A stretch of DNA of 64,000 nt, from the IMG/VR virus record IMGVR_UViG_3300037400_003286; one strand, 5' to 3'. The stretch's first letter is position 1, and every line of letters starts with the position of its first letter. The notes beneath the pieces were generated by a model. The model searched no databases. It had not been told where the DNA came from and saw nothing but the letters and a program-made list of their open reading frames with translations. Made by a program: the position numbers and the translations under genes. This DNA is from a virus (Duplodnaviria > Caudoviricetes). This document shows positions 27,196 to 38,117 of the stretch, one piece after another.

Positions 27196-28342
27196 AATAA
27201 ATCTGTCTTGTTAAAAGTTGACCACCAATCATAGTGTCATAGCAAATATATTGCTGTTGAGGCTTCTCATACTCGAATCCGTTTGTCAAAGCAAATGAAT
27301 TGTATGAAATGATCGATCCGTTTACAACAGCATTAGGAGTATTCACACTTGAATGGAAATGTCCTATGAAAATCATATCCTGATGGAACACCTTCTGATA
27401 CTTCAGGCAAAGTCTATTCAATGCTGGATATATACCGCAAATAGTTCCTGTACCACCAGATTTAATCTGGAATCCATGAGCAAAAATAAACACCTTATCG
27501 TCAACGGTATTTACAATCGCAAGCTCACTCTCAGGAATGTAGAACTCAATAGGAAGATCAGTCAACTCACACTGCTTCTTGATGTTCTGGTACATCATCC
27601 ACTCATAGCTCATCTTATAACCGTTATTGTGCTGGATCTTCTTTGATGTTCTTGAATGATTACCAACGATACCTATGAAGCGAATCTTCTTCAACTTTGG
27701 AAGTTCTGGATTCTCACACAGATATTTAAGTCCACTGTAAATGAGTGATTGTGCCTTTAATGTAGCCTCAAGAGGAGAAAGCTGGTTAGTCTGCTCAAGT
27801 TCCTGATGAATATATCCAGAGATAGTATCACCAAGTGAAGCGAAGATAAGTTCATTTACATCATCCTGTGCAAGACATGCAGCCAAATTACGGAAATAAT
27901 TCTCTATACGTCTTTCTGCAATTTCAAGATTATACTCGTTAAGGAAGTTGACAGACTCTGGAGTAACAGTTTCCTCGATATGAGCATCACTGAATAAAGC
28001 TACAGCATATCTGTGTCCTTTCTTAGTCGAAAACGGTTTGAACTTATAAATCTGGAAAGGCTGAGACTCAACCTCCTTAGCTTTCAGGAACTCCTGATAT
28101 TCTTTATCATCCTCGTGATTTTTCTCGACAACAACCACTTTCGTGTTATCATCTTCCTCAGCCTTTGCTCCTATACAGCTATAAACAACACCTTTATGTT
28201 CAAAATATCCTTTTTCGTTTATATCTCTTCTGATTCTTTTTCTATCAACATGGATAGACTTTGCCATTTTACGTATACTCTCAAAAGAACTGCCATCATT
28301 TCCGACAATCTTATTAGGTACACTCGTCTTTACGTTTTCCAT
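27188..28342 (-). CDS. Metallophosphoesterase-fold protein with an N-terminal HTH-like region
   Basis: SDAH, GD, GNH, HG and GHFH motifs; N-terminal FESIRKMAKSIHV. Confidence 0.8.
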   Translation of the reverse strand: MENVKTSVPNKIVGNDGSSFESIRKMAKSIHVDRKRIRRDINEKGYFEHKGVVYSCIGAKAEEDDNTKVVVVEKNHEDDKEYQEFLKAKEVESQPFQIYKFKPFSTKKGHRYAVALFSDAHIEETVTPESVNFLNEYNLEIAERRIENYFRNLAACLAQDDVNELIFASLGDTISGYIHQELEQTNQLSPLEATLKAQSLIYSGLKYLCENPELPKLKKIRFIGIVGNHSRTSKKIQHNNGYKMSYEWMMYQNIKKQCELTDLPIEFYIPESELAIVNTVDDKVFIFAHGFQIKSGGTGTICGIYPALNRLCLKYQKVFHQDMIFIGHFHSSVNTPNAVVNGSIISYNSFALTNGFEYEKPQQQYICYDTMIGGQLLTRQIYCD

Positions 28343-28369
28343 TAATTCTATTCTGTTTCTTTTGTCTAC

Positions 28370-28780
28370 TTATTTATTATTCTTCTTTGACTGCGAACCA
28401 TATACCTTCTTGAACATATCATCTGCATTTTTCTTATACAGGTGTTCATCAAAATCATAATCGGTTGCTAGTCCATATTGAAGATTAAACCATTCAAATT
28501 CTCTATACAGTGTATCTTTCTTCCAGTATCTTTGTGGAGCATAATCCTTCCAGTGCTCATAAAAATATTGTCTGAAAGCATTGAATTCATCAAAATTATG
28601 AAATTTGTACTTTGAAAACCATTTATCCTGGTATTCAACATTAGGATCGATCTCATCCTTATTCTTTGGCTCCTTCGGAAGATTAAGAATATATTCAAAA
28701 TTAATCCCGTAAGGTTTTAGCTCAAAATCAATAACATCCCTGATGAATTGATCAGCTGTAATTTTCTTTATATATGCCAT
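28370..28780 (-). CDS. Hypothetical aromatic-rich protein
   Basis: 136-aa ORF in operon. Confidence 0.65.
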   Translation of the reverse strand: MAYIKKITADQFIRDVIDFELKPYGINFEYILNLPKEPKNKDEIDPNVEYQDKWFSKYKFHNFDEFNAFRQYFYEHWKDYAPQRYWKKDTLYREFEWFNLQYGLATDYDFDEHLYKKNADDMFKKVYGSQSKKNNK

Positions 28781-28782
28781 GA

Positions 28783-29919
28783 TTATTTGTTATGTGTAAT
28801 TCCGTTAATTCTAACCCACTGTGATTCCTTATAATCATCAAGCGTGAAGCTGTTAGTATATGACATTGCGGACCTGAGATAAGATTCCTCATTATCAACC
28901 CACTGCTTCAATGTATATTCTACTTTCTGTGTCTTGATTAATCCTTCAGATGTCTTCAGATTTTGATTGCTTTGTGTCTCAATCTGAGCATATTTAGTAG
29001 ACATTCCGTAGAACATCTTGTTAATTTCAAGCAATCCAAGCTTGACAAGTCTCATCGCATCATAATATTGTATAGGACGTATTGGCTTACCTACTCTGAA
29101 AAGATCGACAATATAGTTTCTTATCTTGAAACGTCCGATGTTAAACCAGGATTTACCATATGTCGTGATACCAGAACTTTCAATACACTTATTGAACAAT
29201 CCACCAATCATAACATAATCAGCGTATATCAGTGCTTTCTGAATATCTCTGAATCCCTTAATTCCGCCATCAGCTATAACCTTGCACTTTCCATCACATT
29301 CTTTTCTTATCTCGTTTATTTCCATAAGAAGCGAGAACGGAGGATAATATACACCTGTGTTACTGGCTGTAAGACATGCACTTCCTGTTCCGATTGATAC
29401 ACGGACATAATCGCATCCTACATCATTATATACTCTATATGCTTTTGGGTTTGCTATATTACCAGACATAACGAGAACCTTATTCCCGAACTTCTTCTTA
29501 ATGTCTTGAATAAGGTTCAGCAATTTTCTCATATGGCCGTTTGCAAGATCAATGCACACTCTCAATTGATCTCCATCCTCAATATATTCTGGATCATTTA
29601 TCTGATCGTCGTTGAGAATGTATTTCTCTGCCTCAGCAAGAGAAAATGCAACAAAAGGCTTATGTTGTGATTCAGTTCCACATGTGTACCACAATATATT
29701 AAGTCTTTCTTCTAATCGTATTGTTCTTGGGATTACAACATTAATTCTGTTGTCTAAAAAGTTTCTCCAATTCGTATCATCAATAACGGATCCCATAGGT
29801 GACGCAAAAATAGGAAGCATTCCATCGATATATGGATTGCATTCCTTTCTTGATTCTATGTCAGTAAGAGTTTCTGGTACGATACTAATATCATCGTAGT
29901 GTAGTTTTACATCAGTCAT
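28783..29919 (-). CDS. guaC: GMP reductase / IMP dehydrogenase family protein
   Basis: YDDISIVP, ASPM, IDLANGH, GNIA, IGTGSACLT (catalytic Cys), IADGGI, FYGMS and SEG; no CBS domains. Confidence 0.8.
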   Translation of the reverse strand: MTDVKLHYDDISIVPETLTDIESRKECNPYIDGMLPIFASPMGSVIDDTNWRNFLDNRINVVIPRTIRLEERLNILWYTCGTESQHKPFVAFSLAEAEKYILNDDQINDPEYIEDGDQLRVCIDLANGHMRKLLNLIQDIKKKFGNKVLVMSGNIANPKAYRVYNDVGCDYVRVSIGTGSACLTASNTGVYYPPFSLLMEINEIRKECDGKCKVIADGGIKGFRDIQKALIYADYVMIGGLFNKCIESSGITTYGKSWFNIGRFKIRNYIVDLFRVGKPIRPIQYYDAMRLVKLGLLEINKMFYGMSTKYAQIETQSNQNLKTSEGLIKTQKVEYTLKQWVDNEESYLRSAMSYTNSFTLDDYKESQWVRINGITHNK

Positions 29920-29937
29920 TAATATATTTGTTAATTG

Positions 29938-30192
29938 TTAATAGCGTCGATCATAGTCATATTCCTTATACTGATCGGCAAGTTTTTGCAATTCATGTGC
30001 AAAAGCATTGTTCTGAGTATATATACCATGTGCCTTTGCATATTCCTCTACAACGTCACGGATAGATTTTCCACCACCATTTCCATTACGACCAATCTTC
30101 TGATCGATCAAATCTCTAAGAGGATGACTCTTTGAAGCTTCACTGATTCCATATCCGATTGCTCCACTTACAACATTACTTAAAAGTCCCAT
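29938..30192 (-). CDS. Small early hypothetical protein
   Basis: First ORF after an early promoter. Confidence 0.65.
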   Translation of the reverse strand: MGLLSNVVSGAIGYGISEASKSHPLRDLIDQKIGRNGNGGGKSIRDVVEEYAKAHGIYTQNNAFAHELQKLADQYKEYDYDRRY

Positions 30193-30229
30193 TTTATTTC
30201 TTTTTTAATGTTAAACTTATATCTTTCTG

Positions 30230-30246
30230 TTGCAAATATACAACTT
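30230..30246 (-). promoter_or_regulatory. Early Bacteroidota-type promoter
   Basis: 17-mer copy. Confidence 0.85.
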
Positions 30247-30251
30247 ATTTT

Positions 30252-30473
30252 TCATTTTGAAAAATGTTTTTTGATCTTTTTATGAATGATAAATCCAAGG
30301 ATAATAAAAAGTATATGGAGCCAGAAAAGTGATATAGCAAATATAAGGATGTAAACGGTTAAGGATTTGTCTATAACATTTTTGCTTGTTGATCCTACAA
30401 GGATCAATAATATGCTCAATATGCAAATAGCTGTTAAAATGTACAGTATCAGATCGTGTTTTTTATTAATCAT
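30252..30473 (-). CDS. Small two-TM membrane protein
   Basis: Two hydrophobic stretches and a basic C-terminal tail. Confidence 0.55.
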   Translation of the reverse strand: MINKKHDLILYILTAICILSILLILVGSTSKNVIDKSLTVYILIFAISLFWLHILFIILGFIIHKKIKKHFSK

Positions 30474-30474
30474 A

Positions 30475-31881
30475 TCAAAAAGTATTATAATTTTTTAATA
30501 TTAGACTAGTCTTTGAAAAACACCTTGAAAACTCCGTATGCGTTTCATCCAGAGAAAGTCTATATCTGGTTTTAGACTTTTTTAGAGCATAATATATATC
30601 CTTCAGACCAGTACCATCTTCTATATTAAATTCTTCCAACGACTTAATATAGAAAATTTTGTATGCACCTAAATCTGGGAATATTATATTACGTTTTATT
30701 TCTTTTATTTTTTCTATATGCTGTAAATTGAATTCATATCCACGTCTTCCTATTTCAATAGAAGCAAGAATCATATCAGGAAGATTTAAAGAACGAAATA
30801 AGAAATTACCTACAAATGAACTGAAATCTGGTTGTACTTTAATAAATTTAATATCAAATATATTACAACGTTTCTGTAAATTTAATTCAAGTTTATTCCT
30901 ACACCAGTTATTATTAACTAACCTATTGTATCGTTTACCTCGTTCAGCATCCTTTGATTTTATATTTAAATCCTCTATGCAGAAAGACTCACATTGATAA
31001 TAAAGACATATATCGATTAATTTTTTAGAAATCTGATATGTTTCGTATGTACGTTTATTATTCAGATATATCTTTTTTGGATCTTCTGAATCTGTATGAT
31101 TTTTTATTAATTTTTCAGATATTTTATTAATCTGTTCAATAGAAAATACACCAGACTTAATTATATTAAACTCATTCTCAGATCTCCAATCAACTATAGA
31201 CCAACCAATATAATTTGGATTCATATCTATAGACATAATACGATTTTCAACAAACCTGTCACGTTTATATTGTTCTATTTTTGATTCATCAAAACTTATA
31301 TAGATATATTCTCTATCCAATGAATAAGTTAATGATACTTCTTTCTTATTCTGCAAATCATATAATCGTGATAAAACCTTTTCACGTTTACCATAAACAC
31401 CTTTAAGCTCAAGTATATAATGATTATGTCTATCGTTTTTGAACTCTATCGAATGCAGATCCTGATTTATCTGAAATTTTCTGTTTCCTTTCTGATTTGA
31501 TTCACCAAGAGAACATAAATTTGATAATCTATGTGAAAGATATTCATCTTTTGATATTAAACCTTTACATCTTCTTATATAATTCTTTCTACCCCCAAAT
31601 ATAATACGTCTTTCTGAATTATCTGATTTTTTAAGTCTATTTACTAAATCAGATGCTTGTTGTTCAGCACAGGATACCATGTGACTATCCATCAACTCAA
31701 CATTATTAAGTTGTGTTTTCATAGCATCCTTTATTTGTTTGGCAGACCAACCATCAATTACACGATTATATCCATAATGAAGAAGTGAACTGTATTGTTT
31801 CATACATTTCAAAATAAAAGCATTTGCTTCTTCATTTACTGAATATTTAAATTTATATGTAATCAATGATTGTGTATTCAT
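30475..31881 (-). mobile_element. tnpB: Solitary IS200/IS605-type TnpB-related RuvC nuclease
   Basis: TYKFKY N-terminus; RuvC-I SIDMNP, RuvC-II IEDL, RuvC-III PDMILASIEIGRRG; AT-rich; no tnpA nearby. Confidence 0.8.
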
Positions 31882-31892
31882 ATTTCTTTATA

Positions 31893-31901
31893 TATTTATC
31901 T
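31893..31901 (-). promoter_or_regulatory. Late promoter directly upstream of tnpB
   Basis: AGATAAATA 11 nt before the ATG. Confidence 0.6.
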
Positions 31902-31983
31902 AAATATATTTTGTCGATTTATTCATTCTTTTTAATATTATAAAAATATAACATATTTCATAAATATTAATGTTATTATAAAC

Positions 31984-32020
31984 TATATTATTATACGTCA
32001 AAACTCTGTAAATAATTAAT
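31984..32020 (-). promoter_or_regulatory. Middle-type promoter (ATTAAT-N19-TATAATAATATA)
   Basis: Conserved 14-mer and spacing. Confidence 0.7.
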
Positions 32021-32023
32021 TAT

Positions 32024-32032
32024 AGATAAATA
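32024..32032 (+). promoter_or_regulatory. Late promoter AGATAAATA
   Basis: Upstream of a plus-strand structural operon. Confidence 0.75.
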
Positions 32033-32058
32033 GTTCAAAGGATTTAATTCACATATTA

Positions 32059-32310
32059 ATGTATTATCCAAATAAAAGAAGTGGTCGCTGGTATTGTACA
32101 CGTCATCAGGACATGTATACTGACTTAGGTTTCAAATACACTGGTCATATCTATGATCATACCATAAGTCCAGTGATTATGAGAAACAAGAGAAATAAAG
32201 AGATACTATCACATATTGAACCTTTGATTGTATATATAATCGAAGCTGTAAAGCAAATCAAACTTCAATATATGTTCTCTTTAGACAAAAACGATACAAG
32301 AGTTAACTAA
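32059..32310 (+). CDS. Small late hypothetical protein
   Basis: Follows a late promoter; TAATG-coupled to the next gene. Confidence 0.7.
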   Translation: MYYPNKRSGRWYCTRHQDMYTDLGFKYTGHIYDHTISPVIMRNKRNKEILSHIEPLIVYIIEAVKQIKLQYMFSLDKNDTRVN

Positions 32311-35300
32311 TGGGTGTTTTCAATTATAGCAGATTTCATTATTTCGACAAAGACGGTCATGAATTGATTCTTTCACACAAACCTGGTGTAAGAATCAACA
32401 TCATTAATGACAATATCCCAGAATTCTATGCAGAATACGCTCTTGTAAAGAGTACACCAGACGTTGTTGATCCTGCAACAAACTCATCGTTGCATCAAAT
32501 AAAGGCTGGTATGCGTTTTGATGTTGAGGAGGGAACAACATTCAGAGTGAAAACATCTATACTTGATTCAAGTACGGATGATACATACATAGGTGATGCT
32601 TTCCTTAGAAAAGGAACATATGAACTGAAATATTACACTTCAACATTCGGAAGGGAAAACTATCCTTATCCTCTGTACAACGAGTCGAATGATGATTTAA
32701 GAAGACTTACACTTGACAAAAACAATCTTGCTATTGATTCAAGCGTTAATTTCTTCCCTTCATATACATTCGAAGCAAGAATGGAGTTTGAGAAAGTCTC
32801 AACTGGATTGGTTGAGACTCAGACTATATATGTGTTGATTGATGATGAATATGCTGTTGATAAAAACGGCATAGGACAATTTGTTCCAGTTTCTGAATAT
32901 GCTGCACACTATGATGAATTTGTTGCTGCATGTGAGGTTTATGACAGCAGTATAGATAATTTGAATGATCAAATAGAAAACATAGACTCAAGTATATCAG
33001 AAGTTAAAGGAATATTGTCTGATGATCTTGCTGAAATATCAAGATTAACAAAAGAACAAAACACACTGAAAGAGGAAGCCCGTTATGTTACGAGAGAACT
33101 TAACAAGCATTTCGAATCATATGGTGTCGTAGATCCTCAACTGTGTGCAAGAAAGAGAGATCTTGATGAGCAAATAGCAGCATTAGATGCAAGCATAGAA
33201 GCTGTATATGATTCCGATCCTTATCACTTCGGACTTCTTGATGACTACACCAATCTTAAAGAAGCCAAAGAGAAGGAAATAAACGATCTGTTAAAAGAAG
33301 CTGAAGATCTGTACAACAAGAGAGATTACTTCAAAGGTGTAAAGGATTATATCGACAGATTTGATCTTCTATTCTTCATTGATTGCAGAGAGCAGAAAGA
33401 TTTCAGAATATTCGATGTAAGATATGATGAAATGAAATGGACAGACAGAAAGTTTCTTAATTTCAAGCAAGAAAGAGAGGACGGATGCAATAATAATGGT
33501 TTCTCTGTCAATGTCGGTTTCTCTGGAGAAAATGACGGTGTATATGAACAGGGACTTTATATCTGCCTGGTTGATAAAGCAAATACCGAAAACAGCGAAC
33601 TCGGTGAAGCATATCCTATAGGTGAAATAAAAATGGCTGCTGAAACAGAGGGTGAAGATGAAAGATACAGATCATTCTTTGATAATTTCGGTATACCTGA
33701 TCCTAAATACTACAATGATATTTTCATAGAGAGTGATATAAACAACGATTCTCCAGACTATATAAGCATCAATAAGAACTCTAAGAAGATGTTCCTTGCT
33801 TATAACGACATCTTCCCTTATATCGGCAGCTATAAGGCACTTCTTAACGCTATAAGAACACTTGGATATGAAGATGAGATATTCTTCAAGGAATGGTATA
33901 AAGAAATAGGAAACTCTGCTCTTGAGGATAGTGGATACACTACATATGAAATATCATTCAAGGATAATACAAACAGAAACCTTATATCGAATCTTGATAT
34001 TTCTGAAAGAATTCATCTGAGAAAGATGAACTGGGTTTCTATGGTTTACAAGATAAACGAAGAGCTTGATAAACCAGAGGATAAATTCGGATTTCCAACA
34101 GCGATAACAAATTATAAGAACTTTAACACAGACAGGCTCGCAAAGATATTAAGCCTTAAGAACTGGCTTGAGAAGTATGCAATGGGCGTAAACTGCCACA
34201 TTACAGATGTTGGTGGTGAAGGACTTGTATTTGAAAGATACAACCTAAATAAGTACGGAACATATCAGAAAGTATATGAGTATGATAACGAGAAAGCTAT
34301 TTCAGCAGTAATAAAAGATGATGCTGTCGCTTTAGTTAATGGTACTGCATCAATTGATGTTGATATACACACGACAGACAAAGATGTTATGATTGAGGAA
34401 CTTGGTGATATCAAATTCCTGGATCTTTGTGATGGTTATTTTGATAGTTCTTCAATATACCACGATTTCGATCGAAACGTGATTGATTCTCTTGATTACA
34501 GATACTTTGGTAAGTGTTTTGATTTACATGACAATATAAACACATTCGAGATAAGAACAAGAGGTAAGCATAATAGCTTCAGATTTAATAGATCTCTTGA
34601 TTATGAATCACCAAATTTACTTATTGATAATGATAAGATATTCTTTGATTACGCTCAATGCTTCAACAAATTTAAAAACTCTGTTTTTAAAAATCCTCCT
34701 GTAATTCAGATTGAGAATGGTATAATAAAAAGATATAAGCCAAGTAAAGAAAATTCTGGACAATATGATTATTACTCAAACATATATCCATATATTGAAG
34801 ATGATGTAACGTATTATAGAATAGAAGTTCTTAAAAATACATATGGTTCAGTAGAAACATATGATATTCTTAATGTTCCAACATTTATACCACCTATAAC
34901 TTATTCTTCGGATCCTGGTGAAAACGTAAATGATTATGTTCAGTTAGATCCTCTATCTTACGTATCAAAAATATCTGATGAGACAAGAATAAAAAGATAT
35001 AGAAATCACAAATACAGTACAGATAGTAGATATTTTGAAAGAAATGGAAATACATACGGATTGCGTTATTGCACAGATAACGCAAACGGTATACCTTGTT
35101 TCAAAATTCTTGGATATGAAGAGAAGAGTATGTTGTTATCATCAGACCATATAAGATATCCATTTACAAAAGAACAATCTGGATCAGAAGACAATGAAGG
35201 ATATGAATATATGCTTGAAATTATCAACGGCAGAATGATTTTCAATGATGTTGATAATAATAGTATTGTTACTCTTAATTTTGTATATGATGATAAAGAA

Positions 35301-37178
35301 AAACATCAAAGTATTTTCGTCAATACATTTAAGGAGTCAGATATGTCTTCATTATATCGTTATAAAACAGCAGCTTATAACACAACCGACAGATTCCTTC
35401 CTGGAGGTCAATATCAATATTTCATAGATGGTTATAATGATGATGTAGATTCATATGTTACATATGATGGTTCAAAAAGTGTAATTGTTAATAATGTTGG
35501 AGAATATACTGTCGATGCTATACTGTATGATGAATTTAATAATATATTCGCAAAACGTTCAAGTAAAACTATAAATATTCTCCCATCATTTGCTGATGCT
35601 AGTATATTCTCTGGCAATATTTCATCTGGAGAACCATATAATAAAAGAGGAATCACTGCTGGTATAAGTACACTTTCTGGGTTATTGAGCATATTCAATA
35701 ATTCAACAAATGGCGTAAGTGAATGTATATTTGAATATGTACCAAAACTTCAAATATCAACTATAAATAAAAGCACTCTAGAACTGACATACTATGGTAA
35801 TCAAACATTGTTTGATGGAAAAAACGATATAGGAACCAATTTAGTTAGAAACGAAGAAACATATTCAAAAGCCATATTCTCATCTATGGCTGACAGATAT
35901 GATATTGTAGCAGACGTATCAGATGAATATGAACATTCATCTTTATCTGACATTTTCATGTTAGTAAAAACCTCTGGATATAATGCGCATCTTGGCGTTT
36001 ATGATTGGTCATCAGTTTATTACATGCTTATACAATATGGTCAAAGATGGCTGACTGATATTGGTTATGACCTTGATTTGTTGTTTAACAAAAACGAAAA
36101 TGATCCAAACGGATCGTTTGCTGATGTAACATTATACGTTTATGATGAACTTTGTGAATATCCTGTGGCTTCAATACCAGGTATAATGCTTCCTGGTGTA
36201 GCATACGAAAAAGCAAATGATTATGATACATATTTCTTTATGCCTGTAAACGGATCAAAAACAACTGCTGCTACATTATCATCTACGCTTAAAGGATATT
36301 GTTCTAATAGTGGAGGTAAAACAGATTTCAAACGATTCACATATTATATTATACCACAATGGTCTATACCTTGCACAATAAACAAAATATCTCAATTAAG
36401 CAACAATATAGATATAGATCTTTCACATCAAATATTCAGTACAACATCATACAAACGAACAGACATAGAATCTGGAAAAATGATGTCTATATTCTATAAT
36501 ACAAGACACAATAATAACTACTATGGTAAGGGTTCTTACATGATAAAACGTGTAAAGAATAACAACTATACTGGTTACATTTTGTATGCTTATCTTGGAA
36601 ACAAGAAACAAACTATAGAAAATGATCAATCTGGTTTTGACGGAAGTACATGGTTTGGTCCAGCAAGCCTTGACTACATGACATATATGTGTGATCTTAA
36701 TAAAGATTATAGTGATAACCAGATAGATTATGCAGTGCTTGTTAATAATTCTGATTACAGATATTGTGAATATTTTGTTGATAGAGATTATTCTATTTCG
36801 CTTAGAAACTTTGATCCAAACGATGCTATAGAAATTTGGGAATATGATTCAGACAAATATAAAACAACAGGTAATATAATTGCAAAATATATACATAATG
36901 TACCAATCACTACAACAAGTCCATACATAGAACTTGTTCCTCATATTCCTGGTTATATCAATACTATGCAAAAGATAAGGAGCGAGAATGTTACTGTAAG
37001 ATGGAAAATATACAAACGTGTTGGTGAAGTTTCAAAGAACCTCATCATGGAAAGTTTCAACAAAGCTTTGTTCATAAAGCTTAAAGAAAAAGGAATATAT
37101 GATATTGAAATGACTGTATGGGATCAGCATGGTAACAGATTTGATAAGAAGATGGATGGATATATAACATATAAATAA
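32310..37178 (+). CDS. Large virion structural protein (baseplate-associated; coiled-coil insert; Ig/PKD-like segments)
   Basis: 1622 aa late gene; FPYIGSYKALLNAI wedge-like motif; GEYTVDAIL and GIYDIEMTVWD Ig-like strands. Confidence 0.65.
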   Translation: MGVFNYSRFHYFDKDGHELILSHKPGVRINIINDNIPEFYAEYALVKSTPDVVDPATNSSLHQIKAGMRFDVEEGTTFRVKTSILDSSTDDTYIGDAFLRKGTYELKYYTSTFGRENYPYPLYNESNDDLRRLTLDKNNLAIDSSVNFFPSYTFEARMEFEKVSTGLVETQTIYVLIDDEYAVDKNGIGQFVPVSEYAAHYDEFVAACEVYDSSIDNLNDQIENIDSSISEVKGILSDDLAEISRLTKEQNTLKEEARYVTRELNKHFESYGVVDPQLCARKRDLDEQIAALDASIEAVYDSDPYHFGLLDDYTNLKEAKEKEINDLLKEAEDLYNKRDYFKGVKDYIDRFDLLFFIDCREQKDFRIFDVRYDEMKWTDRKFLNFKQEREDGCNNNGFSVNVGFSGENDGVYEQGLYICLVDKANTENSELGEAYPIGEIKMAAETEGEDERYRSFFDNFGIPDPKYYNDIFIESDINNDSPDYISINKNSKKMFLAYNDIFPYIGSYKALLNAIRTLGYEDEIFFKEWYKEIGNSALEDSGYTTYEISFKDNTNRNLISNLDISERIHLRKMNWVSMVYKINEELDKPEDKFGFPTAITNYKNFNTDRLAKILSLKNWLEKYAMGVNCHITDVGGEGLVFERYNLNKYGTYQKVYEYDNEKAISAVIKDDAVALVNGTASIDVDIHTTDKDVMIEELGDIKFLDLCDGYFDSSSIYHDFDRNVIDSLDYRYFGKCFDLHDNINTFEIRTRGKHNSFRFNRSLDYESPNLLIDNDKIFFDYAQCFNKFKNSVFKNPPVIQIENGIIKRYKPSKENSGQYDYYSNIYPYIEDDVTYYRIEVLKNTYGSVETYDILNVPTFIPPITYSSDPGENVNDYVQLDPLSYVSKISDETRIKRYRNHKYSTDSRYFERNGNTYGLRYCTDNANGIPCFKILGYEEKSMLLSSDHIRYPFTKEQSGSEDNEGYEYMLEIINGRMIFNDVDNNSIVTLNFVYDDKEKHQSIFVNTFKESDMSSLYRYKTAAYNTTDRFLPGGQYQYFIDGYNDDVDSYVTYDGSKSVIVNNVGEYTVDAILYDEFNNIFAKRSSKTINILPSFADASIFSGNISSGEPYNKRGITAGISTLSGLLSIFNNSTNGVSECIFEYVPKLQISTINKSTLELTYYGNQTLFDGKNDIGTNLVRNEETYSKAIFSSMADRYDIVADVSDEYEHSSLSDIFMLVKTSGYNAHLGVYDWSSVYYMLIQYGQRWLTDIGYDLDLLFNKNENDPNGSFADVTLYVYDELCEYPVASIPGIMLPGVAYEKANDYDTYFFMPVNGSKTTAATLSSTLKGYCSNSGGKTDFKRFTYYIIPQWSIPCTINKISQLSNNIDIDLSHQIFSTTSYKRTDIESGKMMSIFYNTRHNNNYYGKGSYMIKRVKNNNYTGYILYAYLGNKKQTIENDQSGFDGSTWFGPASLDYMTYMCDLNKDYSDNQIDYAVLVNNSDYRYCEYFVDRDYSISLRNFDPNDAIEIWEYDSDKYKTTGNIIAKYIHNVPITTTSPYIELVPHIPGYINTMQKIRSENVTVRWKIYKRVGEVSKNLIMESFNKALFIKLKEKGIYDIEMTVWDQHGNRFDKKMDGYITYK

Positions 37179-37215
37179 AAAAGAGGTGAATTAAATTTCA
37201 CCTCTTTTTTGTTTT
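37177..37215. terminator. Bidirectional terminator
   Basis: AAAAAGAGGTGAA...TTCACCTCTTTTT between convergent genes. Confidence 0.85.
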
Positions 37216-37891
37216 ACTCTGATTTTGTTTTATCATCAGTCTTTTCTTCTACTGGCTGTTCTGGATCTCTTGGATCTGTTTCTGTATCCTCAAGAACATG
37301 CAAGTAGTAACCTTGCTCGAACATAGCCCACTTTTCCTTTAACTCGTCGCAAGCAGCAGCCTCTTTCTTATACCAATCAACCAACTCATGAAGAGTCTCG
37401 TAGATTGGAAGATACTCATCCCATATTTCAGCCATATGTCTTGCTGAATCAATACCGATTCCTCCGTAGTTCTCGAACAAAAGGAATGCGTACTGAACAG
37501 GTGCATACTCAAGAATGAGATCAACAGGGTTCTTTTCATCAAAACCTTCAATAAAATCATTCATCAAAGCAGAGAAATTAAGAACGCCTACGAACATTCT
37601 CTGACTCCACAAAGAATTATCATTGAAATCCTTCATGAACTTTGCAACACGAAGAGCATTATTCTTGTCAGCAACAAGATAATCCTTCTTTTCCTGCAAA
37701 GCCTTTGTTCTTTCCTCGAACTCCTTCTTTACATTTTCAATATCCTCACTTGTTGGAACCTTATCTGGATCTATCCAGTATTTACCCATATTCTGAACAT
37801 TGAATTCAGCAATGGCTTTTCTACGTTCCTCTTCAAGTCTAGCTGCCTGTGAAGCAGCATCATTCACATTCTTTTCAGTTTTCTTACTCAT
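37214..37891 (-). CDS. Hypothetical protein
   Basis: 225-aa ORF. Confidence 0.7.
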   Translation of the reverse strand: MSKKTEKNVNDAASQAARLEEERRKAIAEFNVQNMGKYWIDPDKVPTSEDIENVKKEFEERTKALQEKKDYLVADKNNALRVAKFMKDFNDNSLWSQRMFVGVLNFSALMNDFIEGFDEKNPVDLILEYAPVQYAFLLFENYGGIGIDSARHMAEIWDEYLPIYETLHELVDWYKKEAAACDELKEKWAMFEQGYYLHVLEDTETDPRDPEQPVEEKTDDKTKSE

Positions 37892-37923
37892 TTATAGCTA
37901 TAAAATTATTTTTAAGAAAAGGT

Positions 37924-38049
37924 CTATACCTTTATTATTTCTCTCCATTCTGGATAATGACATTCACAACTGAAATAATAGTCTTTCTTACCGTCATATC
38001 CGTCTGGTATTCCTTTTACACCAGTTATTATTTTTCCAGTGTATAACAT
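37924..38049 (-). CDS. Small hypothetical protein (MLYTGKII..., 41 aa)
   Basis: Non-overlapping ATG within ORF 37924..38142. Confidence 0.4.
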   Translation of the reverse strand: MLYTGKIITGVKGIPDGYDGKKDYYFSCECHYPEWREIIKV

Positions 38050-38117
38050 AGTATTTCTTCCTGTTAACTTTTGATAAGGAAATTTCTGATACTTTGTATA
38101 TACATTTCTATACTTGT

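Noticed and set aside
30475-32040. Cas12/Cas14 CRISPR effector locus
   Set aside because: There is no repeat-spacer array on either side, so TnpB is the simpler call.
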